This document shows positions 13,170 to 26,352 of a DNA stretch of 64,000 nucleotides, piece by piece. A program made the position numbers and the translations under genes. Where the stretch lies: assembly GCA_951406725.2 (NCBI GenBank), contig OX597818.1, positions 116,932,001 to 116,996,000 of the forward strand, read 5' to 3'. The DNA is from Octopus vulgaris (taxonomy: Eukaryota). Every line of letters starts with the position of its first letter. Position 1 is the stretch's first letter. The notes under the pieces are model-generated. The model was not told where the DNA came from and ran no database searches. It saw nothing but the letters and a program-made list of their open reading frames with translations.

Positions 13170-13458
13170 GAGTTCTGATCAATAAGTATCCGGCGTGTTG
13201 GCATAGTAACGAAGCATGTAGAGTGAAACAGATTCGTAAACATTAAACTCTGCTGTGCATGTGCGCTAAGTTTTAATATGGTAGGTGAGTTCAGTAAAAA
13301 TTTAGATTCATATTCAGATGAATATGGTACTTAAGTTGTGGCATCACAATTTGGTACAGTATTATTCAATTAAATGGAGTTGCATGAAACGATCGTACTG
13401 CATTACCTCTGGATATCCTTGTTGCTTATTTTGATATATATATATATATATATATATA

Positions 13459-13648
13459 TATTTCTCTACTGCCCACAAGGAGCTAAACATAGAGGGGACA
13501 AACAAGGACAGACAAAGGGATTAAGTCGATTATATTGACCCTAGTGCGTAACTGGTACTTTATTTATCGACCCCGAAAAGATGAAATGCAAAGTCGACCT
13601 CGGCGGAATTTGAACTCAGAACAACGATAGACGAAATACGGCTACGCA
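13459..13648 (-). mobile_element. SINE family B
   Basis: Reverse complement of the family B body and tail. Confidence 0.85.
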
Positions 13649-13699
<51 letters not shown>

Positions 13700-14232
13700 T
13701 TACACACACATATTTATGTGTAATTTATGTGTCTATATGCACACGTTTGAAACATTTATTGCATATGAAAGTTACCCAGAAAACAAGTTCAGGTCAATAT
13801 ACACATAAACCTATGTCGTGGGAGTAGGTGTTACAATGTACTTACAGCATAATGACTTTATGAAAAGAGAAATATATGGAATATATATTTAATTATTCAC
13901 ATCACTAAAATATTTCAGCGACGCTCAGAAAACACCTTCATCTGAAGAACATCAAATAAATGCATAGTTTAATCGCTAACTCAGGCATTTAGACAGAAAC
14001 AATAACAGAAGGCTACAGCTAACAGTAGAACCAAATAAAAAATTGCAGACTTGATGTCTGCATCATTGAACTAACGCAATTGGCCATAAAGTTGTATAAT
14101 TGTTAATGAGTTAGATGTAAATTATAATGTGGTGGTGCTAGGAGTCAGGAGCTTCCATAAGAGATAAAACATTATGATAATATTAATGATTGTTATTGTC
14201 ATATAGATATATTAATATCATAAACGTATGCA

Positions 14233-14305
<73 letters not shown>

Positions 14306-14310
<5 letters not shown>

Positions 14311-14825
14311 AATCAAGGAACGGCCATAATAGGCCATTCACCCACTAGAAATAACAGCCAAAAGCTTCAACCGCAAAATAACATCAATTCCGTAAACCAG
14401 GAGAAAATTAAAAAAACATTTACCCTGTAATTTCTTATACGATGCACCGTTTCGTCTACTGTTTAATGGTAAACTGTTCCGACTTGGCTATTTCTTACTG
14501 ATGAATCTAAGGGCCTATGGTAGATTGGCTTGATTTAATTTAATCAGGTTAGTTTACCATTAAACAGTAGACGAAACGGTGCATCGTATAAGAAATTACA
14601 GGGTAAATGTTTTTTTAATTTTCTCCTGGTTTACGGAATTGATGTTATTTTGCGGTTGAAGCTTTTGGCTGTTATTTCTAGTGGGTGAATGGCCTATTAT
14701 GGCCGTTCCTTGATTGTGATGTTGAACTTAAAAATGGTTTATGACTATTTAATTTTTTCCCACTAGGCCGCTGGTGGCAATACGATTCTACAAAATTTTT
14801 TTGCCACCCTATATTGATTAATTAT
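14306..14825 (+). mobile_element. fold-back PLE-type element with apparently perfect 170-bp inverted arms, in (TA)n
   Basis: Arms 14306-14475 and 14551-14720; no mismatch seen by eye; contains an HHR. Confidence 0.9.
14490..14596 (+). ncRNA. hammerhead ribozyme motif with expanded stem II
   Basis: atttctta-CTGATGA-(68 nt, tcta..taga closure)-GAAA-CGGTGCATCG-TA-taagaaat; 8-bp stem I; GUA site. Confidence 0.85.
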
Positions 14826-14839
14826 ATATATATATATAT

Positions 14840-15306
14840 AAATATTAAAATTACTAAGTCTCTCTAAAAGAGAACAGGGCAGCGTTCCTGGAAATTAATA
14901 GTTATCGCCATACTAATATGGCATTCTTATAAAAATAAGAATAAAGCTGTCCAGGAACGCTGCCGTGTTCTCTTTTAGAGAGACTTAGTAATTTTAATAT
15001 TTCTATTATTGAAAACAAGTGGATGTATTCCACCGAAACTAAGTAAATAAAACCTTCGAACAGAGATAGTCGGAAGCGACACCTTCTGGTCTGACTACGC
15101 TACATTGACAAGGGGCAATACCCCGAAATGCGTCTGTAGCTGTCGATCAAGTAGTGTGGAGCGACTGACCTCCCTTGTTCGAAGGTTATATGGATACAGT
15201 TTGTGTATCAAATAGCTAACTTAAGGCGATGGCCTCATGGAGCTAATAAGCGGACAGCTTTATTCTTATTTTTATAAAAATGCCATATTAGTATGGCGAT
15301 AACTAT
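14840..15306 (+). mobile_element. PLE-type element with interleaved inverted repeats, in (TA)n
   Basis: A 14840-14892, B 14898-14952, A' 14950-15002, B' 15252-15306. Confidence 0.8.
15099..15140 (+). ncRNA. hammerhead motif with mutated core
   Basis: gctaca-TTGACAA-gggg caata cccc-GAAA-TGCG-TC-tgtagc; stems are perfect but the core departs from CTGANGA. Confidence 0.7.
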
Positions 15307-15327
15307 ATATATATATATATATATATT

Positions 15328-15488
15328 GGCGCAGGAGTGGCTGTGTGGTAAGTAGCTTGCTTACCAATTACATAGTTCTGTGTTCAGTTCCACTGCGTGG
15401 CACCTTGTTCAAGTGTCTTCTAGTATACCCTTGGGCCACCCAAAACCTTGTGAGTGGATTTGATAAACGGAAACTGAAAGACGCCCAT

Positions 15489-15569
<81 letters not shown>

Positions 15570-15800
15570 TGTGTGTGAGTGTGTGTGTATGTGTATGTGT
15601 GTGTGTGTAGGTATGAATATATGTTTACGTTTGTGTCCCTGTGTTGTCCCTCATCATCGCTTGACAACCGATATTGCTGTTTACGCCCCCGTAACTTAGT
15701 GGTTCAGCATAAGAGACCGATAGAATAAGTACTAGGCTCACAAAGAATACGTCCTAGGGTCGATTTGTTCCAGCATGGCCGCTGTCAAAATAACTGAAAC
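15328..15800 (+). mobile_element. SINE family D, full, with internal (TA)n(TG)n
   Basis: 5' half, microsatellite, then 3' half ending cagcatggccgctgtcaaaataactgaaac. Confidence 0.88.
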
Positions 15801-15943
15801 ATAAGGTCCGATTTCACCTTTTTTTAAAATTGAATGAAGTTTTATAGTATTTTAGAAAGTCTAATGGAATGAAAAATTATTTTTGATGCATTTGTGTACA
15901 TTTAAACTAATTAAATATTATTTTACAGAATAATAGAATTAAA

Positions 15944-16514
15944 ATGTCTTTGATTAAAACCCTGGAAGTATCCAAAGAGCATTTAAGGCACATAATGCTT
16001 TATGAGTACAAAAAAAGGAAACTCTGCAGCCGAAGCGACTCGAAACTTACACTCGGTTTGTGGGAAAGAATGCTTGAATGAAAGAACTCGCAGAAGATGG
16101 TTTGCAAAATTCAGAATTGGAGATTTCAGCCTTGAAGATGAAGATCGAACAGCACGTCCAGTTAAGTTTGATGATAAGCTCATTGAGGCATTACTTGAAG
16201 AAAATCCTGCACTAACAGTTGAAGAATTGACAATAAAGCTTAGTTCAAGCCATTCAACGGTTCATCATCATCTTCAACAACTTGGAAAGGCTCCTAAACT
16301 TGGAAAATGGGTGCCTCATGGATTATCCGAAAGCAACCAGAAATCTTGAGTTTCTATCTGCTCTTCTCTCCATTCTCGCGAACTCATTTCACTCTTTTTG
16401 GATAGACTTGTGAATGGTGACGAAAAATGGATCTTCTATGTAAAAGTTAAATGTTGGAAACAGTGGCTTGGTAAAAGGGAAAATGCTCAACCACAACCGA
16501 GAAGCGAACTTCAC
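15944..16514 (+). pseudogene. mariner transposase N-terminal half, disrupted
   Basis: KEHLRHIMLYEY, RRWFAKFRIGDFSLEDEDR, KLGKWVPHGL, DRLVNGDEKWIFY; frameshift, stop at 16347-16349, truncated at (CA)n. Confidence 0.92.
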
Positions 16515-16543
16515 ACGCACACACACACACACGTACACACACG

Positions 16544-16574
<31 letters not shown>

Positions 16575-16689
16575 GCACACGCATACACACACAGACATAT
16601 ATACACACATATATATCTATTTACCTCGAATCCTGCGTGGTGACTCTCACACTATCACCACACACACACACACACACACACATATATAG

Positions 16690-16739
<50 letters not shown>

Positions 16740-17241
16740 TCACACATATACTTATATAGCATTCATACATGGACATTTATATATTGCACTGGAGAGCATT
16801 CATAATGTATAACGAATTGCAACATTCTTTTTATATTTCTATGCTTTATTCAGCCGTGTTATGTATTTTTAATAAACTATTTAATTTATTATTCGTATTT
16901 AATCTTTCACAATGATAATGTGGGAGGATAAGGATTTTGGGAAATTCGGTTGGTGCACATTTATCAAATTGGTCACTGAGAGAGACTTGTGTAGACTCGG
17001 AATCTCATATTTGTTGACGATGAATTCTTAATCTCATTCTTATGGAGAGTTTACTTTGTACAATTTGATTTTCGTATTACGTATATATTATAACTTTCTG
17101 ATTAACAAGTGAAGTGGTTTTTCATAATAAAAACCAGTCCCTATGTATGTGTATCGTCAGTAAGGCTAGTACAAGTTCCACAATTAGAGCGACAGGATTT
17201 TCTAAGTGCTGTGGGTTATATTTGTAGTTGGTAATTGTGCG

Positions 17242-17279
<38 letters not shown>

Positions 17280-17399
17280 CAAGGGATTTTGGTTGTTTTT
17301 GCATTTCGTTATTTTGTATAATTCAAGTGCCTTTTCATTCTTGGGTTTCGACTCACTAATGATATGCTCTGATGGTCAGTGTTATGTGTTGTAGTTGAT

Positions 17400-17670
17400 A
17401 TTTAACGCTGCTGTCAGAGATTGTAATGTTTGCCTTCTGTCTAGGATGTCTGGTTGTGCAGTCTGGTGAGCACATTCCGAGAAGCGGAAGCTTTCAGTCA
17501 CTTTGGACATCAGCTGTGCTTTGTACACTATCAGTCATTTTTGTGGGACGAATAATTTTCTAACCCTGAGAAGGGGCCAAACTTTGATTTTCACAGTTTG
17601 CTCATAAAAAAAAAATTTTAATTATCTGTCATCTGCCAAATCCTCGTTGACATTGAAATGTAACACCAGA
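17400..17670 (-). mobile_element. decayed LINE RT thumb fragment (CR1/L2/Jockey-like)
   Basis: Minus translation LLRVRKLFVPQK*LIVYKAQL..DILDRRQ resembles LYKAQVRP..LDRIQ. Confidence 0.4.
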
Positions 17671-19033
17671 AGCGACTAGTAGAAACCGGTGTGGCACAGT
17701 ATGTGGAATTGTGTCATTACGATTGGTTCACTAATACTGCACATTCAACAAAATGTTTGCAGGATATGGATATTTACGAAATGCTAACGATGAGTTAAAC
17801 TCGATTTTGCAAAATCCATACTTATCTTCATTATGCTCAGAATCGGAATTCCAGACAATTCATATCGACAAACATTTATTTTAGTATACAATTTTATGCA
17901 ACTCATTCATCATTGTTCATTTTATCTCTCACCATATTGCCTGCTCCTTGGAAATATATTTAATCAGATACTCAGATATTTCAACTTGGCGCAAATAGCA
18001 ATGCGTTTGTAACTGCTGTATGTTATGATAACGTACATACTAATATACATTCGAATCAGAGATATATATTGTGTGCCCATTCTTTGTTTTGTTCACTTAA
18101 AAGGGACCATAAGAAATTTGGCGTCTGAAACACTTATCGAAATAAATTAAAACAGAATACATTTCTTCATTCCAAAACGATTTTAAATAACAGCGGAAAA
18201 CAGCAAAACAAACGGAGATACGTCGCCACACATTTGAAAGGGTGGCAGTCGATGGTGCGTGTATCAAGGGTATAAGAAGTTTAACATATATATATATATA
18301 TATATATATCTATATTTGCTTCAGTGAGGATTTGACATGCATTCATAGAATTGTCTGATCATGATGTTACTTCTTGCTTTATGACAGTCAGTGTGTATCA
18401 TGTGTATAACATACGTAAAATATTTCTCGACAAATATAAGTTAAGTTAGTTAAGTTAAGTTAATTTTTGGCTCAAAAAGCAAAAAGCAAGGCCATGTAGG
18501 GGAAATTATATGAATTTATATGCATAAATGTTTAACAATATATATGCAAATGATGCTTCTGATAATAATTATAAATGTATGATGTTCCGAAAAGTATTTT
18601 TACGCCATAATAAAGTCAGCGCCTGTAGATTTCATATACATTGAAAAAGTTTTTCTGTTTCTGATCTTTTGGAAATGAGAGAGAGAGAGAGAGAGGAAGT
18701 AAATTTATTCAAATAATCTCCAAAAAACTGCTTTATATACAAAAGATATCGCATGAAGACAAAATGCGTAGGAGAAATGTAAATTACAGAAACAAGATTA
18801 AAAGCAGACGTCATACAATTATTTGCGCCAGTTGATATTTGTACTGAAATTACAAACACGCTTCTGTGATTTTGTTTTTCTTTTGCTTTTATTTATCTAC
18901 GGAAATTTTGATTTCCAGTCATTTCCTATGTCTTGCAATGTCTATTTTTCAATCTGTTTCATTGAAATATCATTTGAAAAATAATTCTCAAACGAATAAT
19001 ATTGAATAACTTATATATAATGCTATACATTCA

Positions 19034-19391
19034 ATGTCGATAGTTCACTGAATTTAATGGCTGCACTAATATACGTAGCTAGCATAACAGCAGACACGTG
19101 GCAGTGCTATAACTGCAACAGTACAAATAATGGCGGTGATATATTTTTTACATAGGCACAACGTTATTGACTGTGGCAGACGATTATATCCCATTACTCT
19201 AAATATCATTAATAGACAGTCGATTATCGCAATATTTTGTATAGCAACATCGATGAAATAGATGCCATTCAAGAATTGGTGATGTTAGCCCTGTGGTTTT
19301 ACCAGTCACTCTGCTATTTGGTATATCAGCGATCAACATTTTTGCCATGTTCTGTTTATGTGTTCCATGTTTGAAGCTTAAATCTTACTGA
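19034..19391 (+). pseudogene. putative decayed Ly6/uPAR (three-finger, quiver/sleepless-like) pseudogene
   Basis: MAALIYVASITADTWQCYNCNSTNNGGD; after a frameshift NVIDCG; then RCHS plus hydrophobic tail SPVVLPVTLLFGISAINIFAMF. Confidence 0.45.
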
Positions 19392-19767
19392 ATAGTATTT
19401 TAAGACCCTTTGGGGATTAATAAAATGCGTAATAATGAAGATAGGCTGTCGATTAAAACTAGTTATATACTCCTTAGACTTATGTCTGCTATTTGTTTGC
19501 GTGTCGAATTTACCCGGACGAATTATTCACTTGTTTCATAAATGCTGAGTTTTGTATTCTTCCATTGTTATCTAATGCTCAGTTTACGTTCGGTGAAGCA
19601 TTTAATGATACTCTTATATTTTATTAGAAACTTTGCAAGTAATATAGTTTATAAGTCTTTAACTTGCTTCCAAATGACATTTTTTAATTTATTAACTAGG
19701 TGTTTTCTTTCCTATATAGTGAGTTAGGTTTGGTTAATATCTGTTTATTTATTAATAATGAGGCATA

Positions 19768-20190
19768 GGCGCAGGAGTGGCTGTGTGGTAAGGAGCTTGT
19801 TTACCAACCACATGGTTCCGGGTTCAGTCCCACTGCGTGGCATCTTGGGCAGGTGTCTTCTGCTATAGCCTCGGGCCGACCAATGCCTTGTGAGTGGATT
19901 TGGTAGACGGAAACTGAAAGAAGCCCATCGTATATATGTATATATATGTGTGTGTGTGTGTGTATGTGTGTGTGTATCTGTGTTTGTCCCCCTAGCATTG
20001 CCTGACAACCGATGCTGGTGTGTTTACGTCCCCGTTACTTAGCGGTTCGGCATAAGAGCCCGTTAGAATAAATACTGGGCTTACAAAGGAATAAGTCCCG
20101 GGGTCGAGTTGCTCGATTAAAGGCGGTGCTCCAGCATGGCCGCAGTCAAATGACTGAAACAAGTAAAAGAGTAAAAGAGTAAAAGAGTAA
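19768..20190 (+). mobile_element. SINE family D, full
   Basis: Intact head, internal microsatellite, (AGTAAAAG)n tail. Confidence 0.9.
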
Positions 20191-20914
20191 TAGAAAAAAG
20201 ACATCCTTTGAAATATTAATCCACTACGATTAAAGTGATTTATTTGTTTGTTTTCTCTTACGTACAGAATATTCTGAAGGAGTGTATGGTGTGTTGAAAA
20301 CCATGACAGTGTTAACTTGTTATACATTCGCAAACAGAAAGCATAAAAATGTCAATTCTCTATTAATGGAAAAAAAAGCTGAAGGTATCAAATGTCTGTT
20401 CTAAAGGATATGTGACAAATAAAAATGGGGTCATCACCCAGAAAGGCTGAATTCCTGACAAAATTCAGTGATATACAATCTGTATTGAAACGAACTGCAA
20501 ATTGATTTATAAAACTAAACGAAATGTATGGAGAAAAATGTGGAGGAATTCACAGCCACAATAGCAGGGCTAATCCATAGACACACCATCAGGACCATAA
20601 AATTTGGCAGAAAAAATGGAAGCTCCCGGAAGCAGTGAAGAAAGTGGAAACACTCTGCAAAGAATGGGCGATCGTTGCTAGAGTTGTCTTTTAGGGACGC
20701 CAAGAGCTTGGCAATTACATCAACAAGAGATGGAAAAGCACTATACTTGCTCATTTCAGAAAGGATAAATCTACTGTTTAAAACCTTGACTTGTACCAAC
20801 AGCCGCCATTAGTTTTCAATTGGAGACAGTGATGAAGCGCAAAAAATCAGGAATTAAAGAATATGAAAAATGTTATGAATACATTTGAAAATTCTTATTA
20901 TAAACTAACGGTTA

Positions 20915-21121
20915 AAACCCCATTTCGGTCATTAATGTCCATGGGATTGCACCTAGAAAATTCACTTCCGAGGTACAAGTACAGGCCAGGTTGTTTATGG
21001 AAGACCAGCGGTTACCCATACATATCCGTCTCCCCTATCTACGTCACTGATGTTATCCAAGGGAAAGGCATAGGTCAATACAGCTTGCCACCAGTGACGT
21101 TGCGACTCATTTCTACAGCTG
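20915..21121 (-). mobile_element. SINE-like 3' fragment related to the family C central domain
   Basis: Minus strand begins cagctgtagaaatgagt, similar to family C cagctggcaaaaatgagt. Confidence 0.4.
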
Positions 21122-21595
21122 TTCTTAACGCGTATGCAGTCTGTATTAAACGGATTTCAATGAAAAAATTTTCAGTTGTTATTTAGCTCAAAATAATAGA
21201 ATCTGTGAATTTTCAGGCAATTTCATTCATTAGAATAGGTTAATGCGACGTAATAATTTAATTTTCTGAGTTTTAATGCTTCCTAGATATTTTAATGGTA
21301 AAATCACGTGATCAGTATCCGCTTTTTGGGGGTTTTAGATTTAAACAAACATTTTCTGTTATAGTAAATAACAGTCATATACGTTCATTCCGCATCCATC
21401 TTCACTCTAATCTTAAAATTCCAGATGAACAAAAATCAGCTGCAAAATATTTCCATTATACGAATTACAAATTTAGAAGCAGCAGGAGATTGTCTAGGGG
21501 AAGTAACTCTTACAATAGAGTTATCTCCTATGATGACTGTAACTAGAAAATTACGTTGATGCGCAATGTTTAAAATGTATAACGAAATAGTTTTG

Positions 21596-22625
21596 TCTAT
21601 CTAGGCACGAAGCCCGACATTTTTGTGAAGGTGGCCAGTCGATTAGATCGACCCCAGTACGCAACTGGTGAGCTGGTAGAATCTTTAGCACGCCGGGCTA
21701 AATGCGTAGCCGTATTTCGTCTGCCGTTACGTTCTGAGTTCAAATCCCACCGAGGTCGACTTTGCCTTTCATCCTTTCGGGGTCGATAAATTAAGTACCA
21801 GTTATGCATTGGGGTCGATATAATCGACTTAATCAGTTTTTCTGTCCTTGTTTGTCCTCTCTGTGTTTAGCCCCTTGTGGGTAGTAAAGAAATAGGTACT
21901 TAATTTATCGACCCCCAGAGGACGAAAGGCAAATTCGACCTCGGCGAATGTAAAGACAGAATGTAGAGACAGATGAAATGCCGGTAAGCATTTCGCCCGG
22001 CGTGCTAACGCTTCTGCCAGCTCGCCACTTTTATATAAGAAAATGATCTTTTCTACTCTAGGCATAAGGCCCGAAATTTTTAGGGAGGGGGGCCAGTCAA
22101 TTAGATCGACTCAAGTACGCAAATGGTACTTAATTTATCGTCCCGAAAGGATGAAAGGCAAAGTCAACCACGACGAAATTTGAACTCAGAACGTAAAGAC
22201 AGACGAAAGATCGCCAAGTATTTCGTCCGGCGTGATAACGATTCTTATTTCTTTACTGCCCACAAGGAGCTAAACATAGAGGGGACAAACAAGGACAGAG
22301 ACAGGGATTAAGTCGGTTAGATCCACTTTAGTGCGCAACTGGTACTAAATTTATCGACGGCGAAATGATGAAAGGCAAAGTCGCCCTCGGCGGAATTTGA
22401 GCTCAGAACGTAGCAGCAGACGAAATACCCATTTCTTTACTACTCACAAGGGTCTAAACACAGAGTAGACAAACAAGGACAGACAAACGGATTAAGTCGA
22501 TTATATTGATCCCGGTGCGTAACTGGTACTTAATTTATCGACCCCGAAAGGATGAAAGGCAAAGTCGCCCTCGGTGGAATTTGAACTCAGAACGTAACGG
22601 CAGACGAAATACCGCTAAGCACTTA
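21596..22625. mobile_element. SINE family B cluster (5-6 copies, mixed orientation, two tail types)
   Basis: Repeated core on both strands. Confidence 0.88.
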
Positions 22626-22645
22626 ACCCATCATGTTAACGCGCG

Positions 22646-22694
<49 letters not shown>

Positions 22695-22740
22695 CACGTT
22701 CGTTAAAGAAGGTGGAAAGCCAGTGAGAGCACCAAAAAGG

Positions 22741-22925
22741 CACACACACGCACACACACATACGACGGACTTCTTTTAGTTTCTGTCTACCAAATCCACT
22801 CACAAGGCTTTGGCCGACGCGAGGCTATAGTAGAAAGCACTTGCCTAAGATGTCATGCAGCGGGGCTGAACCCAGAATCAAGTGGTTGGTAAGCAAGCTA
22901 CTTACCACGCACACACTCCTGTGCC
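22741..22925 (-). mobile_element. SINE family D, 5' half
   Basis: Reverse complement of the family D head. Confidence 0.8.
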
Positions 22926-23093
22926 AATGATGATGACTTTTCAGATTTGAAGAAATTTGTCTCTTGTGTGATATCAATGTTTGGAACAACTTATGCCTGT
23001 GAATACAGTTCTATATTTAAGAGATGAGGGATTATGTACAGTATTTACATTATTTACATTTGATGGACATTTCTTCTCATCTTGTTTTTTGTT

Positions 23094-23139
23094 AACACAA
23101 CGTTTCGGCTGGTATACTCTCCAGCCTTCATCAGGTGTC
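23094..23139 (-). ncRNA. minimal hammerhead motif
   Basis: gacac-CTGATGA-aggctg..cagcc-GAAA-CG-TT-gtgtt on the minus strand. Confidence 0.78.
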
Positions 23140-23201
23140 CTGGGAGAACCTAAGAGAATAATATCTTAGGAATGAGAACCTAGGTTCGAAATTTCCCCCT
23201 A

Positions 23202-23247
23202 GACACCTGATGAAGGCTGGAGGGTATATCAGCCGAAACGTTGTGTT
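23202..23247 (+). ncRNA. minimal hammerhead motif
   Basis: gacac-CTGATGA-aggctggagggtatatcagcc-GAAA-CG-TT-gtgtt. Confidence 0.8.
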
Positions 23248-23889
23248 AACAACAAACAAGATGAGGACAAATATCGTCAAATGTAAATAATGTAAATTAT
23301 GCCTGTCAAGTCAGCACATCGAACGAGATTGACTGCTGAACAATTGAAAGGAATTGTCTTGGATCGATGCAACAAGTCCAAAACAAATATTGATGATATC
23401 TTAAAACCTAAACATCAGTTTCACAAATCTAACTAACAATTCAGATATGTGTGCACTGGGTTTGATATAACTATCTTATCGTTAATATCACCTTCTTTGA
23501 TAAATTTCTTGTGAATAAGTATGTTTAAGAGTCTTTATTTTTTGTGTATTCACTGTGTTGTCTCAAACAAAATGGTTATTCAGCCCGCGCTCGTCATTCT
23601 CTCAGCTATCTGTCCCGCCGTAAAAAAAATTTTGGTGACCACTAATATATGAAGACTAAGACGAAATCTTGTGAAACAGAGTTTATTTTAATGAGATACC
23701 TCTTGAAATACCCGAGCAGACATATCTACACCAAGGAATACACCTAAAGAGGTGTACAGTATGCCATCCGCTAGGGGTCGCTGGTACATTGATCGAAACG
23801 GTTGTAGTGATCAACAGTGATCAAAAGAATATTCTCGTATCTTCCATCTTATGTCTCTCTCATTCATCACACGCGCACACATACACAGA

Positions 23890-24490
23890 GCTAAACACGG
23901 GGATGCACGGTGCCAAGTGGATCCCTTTCGGTAAGCAGAACTGGATGAAGCGAACATTTGGCTAAGGTGCCCAACGCTTCGCCTATCACATTTCCGAAAA
24001 GGTGTCGGTGGATACAGACAGCAGGACGGTGTCTACGCGAGCCGCGATCGGTCAGGAGTGCGGGCAACGGATGCCGGATTGGCCGGGCGACAGGTTGCGC
24101 GATCGCCAGTGAGGCGACTTTCTGATGCCCGGTCGAGCAGGAGGGCACCAGGAAATGCTGAGGGCAAGGTGCATTAGCCGTGCCTGCGTTCGAGGAGCAA
24201 CGTGTCTGGTCGAGGGAAGTGCGTGAATCCCGATGGTCAGGCTATGCCGTGCGACCTTCGGACGCTGTGCTCCTACCGGCCCGACAGGTGGGGGTCTCGA
24301 TGAGGGGTCGGAGAGGAAGTGCGTCCGATGCCGGCGGCCCGGAAACTGAGCACTGACGAGGCAGCAGACGACCGCCCGCGGAGCGAGCAGGCGCCATCGG
24401 CGCAGCCGTCGACCTCGACAGCATCTCGACTGGAAGCAGCGGACTGAGCCCTCTCGCGATGTAGTCCAGCCCGTTTATCACTAGGCGCTT
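23890..24490 (+). mobile_element. GC-rich island, probable decayed LINE (L1/Tx1-like) ORF1 fragment
   Basis: RWSGYAVRPSDAVLLPARQVGVSMRGRRG; after a frameshift KCVRCRRPGN (partial zinc knuckle); then APSAQPSTS low complexity. Confidence 0.35.
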
Positions 24491-24532
24491 TGGCGAACTC
24501 TCTCTTCAATTTTTTTTCATCTTTTCCTCTCA

Positions 24533-24596
<64 letters not shown>

Positions 24597-24640
24597 GGGT
24601 GTGTATGTGTGTGCACGTATGTATGCATGTATGTAAATGT

Positions 24641-25062
24641 AGCTGTGAGATAAGTAGCTTGCTTACCGACCACATGGTTCCGGGTTCAGTCGCACTGCGT
24701 GGCACCTTGGGCAAGTGTCTTCTGCTATAGCCTCGGGCCGACCAAAGCCTTGTGAGTGGATTTGGTAGACGGAAATTGAAAGAAGCTCGTCGTATATATG
24801 TATATATATGTGTATGTGTGTGTGTCTGTGTGTGTTTGTGTAGCTGTGTTTGTTACTACGACCACCACCACCATCGCTTGACAACGGTGATCATGTCCCC
24901 TAGTGTGATCATGTCCCCGTAACCTAGCTGTTCGGCAAAAAATAACGATAGAATAAGTACTAGGCCTACAAAGAATATGTCCCGGGGTCGATCTGTTCGA
25001 CTAAAGGCAGTGCTCCAACTTGGCCGCAGTCAAATGACTGAAACAAATAAAAGAATACAAGA
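24641..25062 (+). mobile_element. SINE family D
   Basis: Both halves plus internal microsatellite. Confidence 0.88.
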
Positions 25063-25517
25063 ATATATATATTCTGTGCGTGTGCGTAAGGGTATGTTTT
25101 AGTGTATATAATTTTCTTTCACCTGTTGCGCGAGAAAAAAAATTAGCTCTAGTTGCAAGGGAGATAATTCCAACAATTTTGCCTTATGAGTAGTTTCCCC
25201 TGTAAAAACATCCAGAGTTCACTGTTGATATAGATTTATTAATCTTACGTACGACGGCGTTTTGATCCACCTACCATTATCGTAAATGTCATATTTACGT
25301 TTCTAGATGGTTGCACTCACGATGATGTGAGTACTGGATCTTGTGGTACGCCTATATACACACATGCACAGGGACGCACATACTTGTACATCCACACGCA
25401 GCTGTGTGAATACGTGCAAACATGTATGCACGTACGTATGGGGGTTGTTATGATTGTATACACAGGCACACAAACACACACATATATATATATAATTATA
25501 TATATATTAATGTATGC

Positions 25518-25822
<305 letters not shown>

Positions 25823-25842
25823 CATTTATGTGTTTACTCCGG

Positions 25843-25881
<39 letters not shown>

Positions 25882-26304
25882 GTATTTATGTATGTATGTA
25901 TATGTGTGTATGTGTGTGTGTGTGTTGGTATTCCCCAACACGATACTAAAGAAATAACAGAAATACTGCAGAAACAATGCTGCTCTGTCTTTACTGATCC
26001 CACTGATATTGAGGTAAGGAACGTGAATGAAGTCGATTCCCAGCATATAATCTATTTATGATCCCGTTATATATTTTTTAAAAATATGTTTTATTTTTAT
26101 ATTTATGATTTGGGTTATGCTTATCTCTGTTTGAATTGCATAATAGTGGTTTTTCTCTAATTTATATACATTATATATTTTTTTGTGAAATTTGATTTAA
26201 TACTAAATTGAATTTTTTCCTGTAGGTTTAGAGTTATGCTTCCTAATAATAGTAATAATAATATTAATAATAATAATAATATTAATAATAATAATAATAA
26301 TAAT

Positions 26305-26349
<45 letters not shown>

Positions 26350-26352
<3 letters not shown>

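Larger units (their letters stand above)
23005..23297. mobile_element. family F fold-back element with an HHR on both strands
   Basis: Arms 23043-23144 and 23197-23297. Confidence 0.85.

Noticed and set aside
15944-16514. Domesticated SETMAR-like gene
   Set aside because: It has a frameshift, a stop and a truncation, and no SET domain.
19066-19272. Minus-strand ORF resembling GPCR TM3-TM4
   Set aside because: No flanking TM segments; the plus-strand Ly6-like reading explains the region better.
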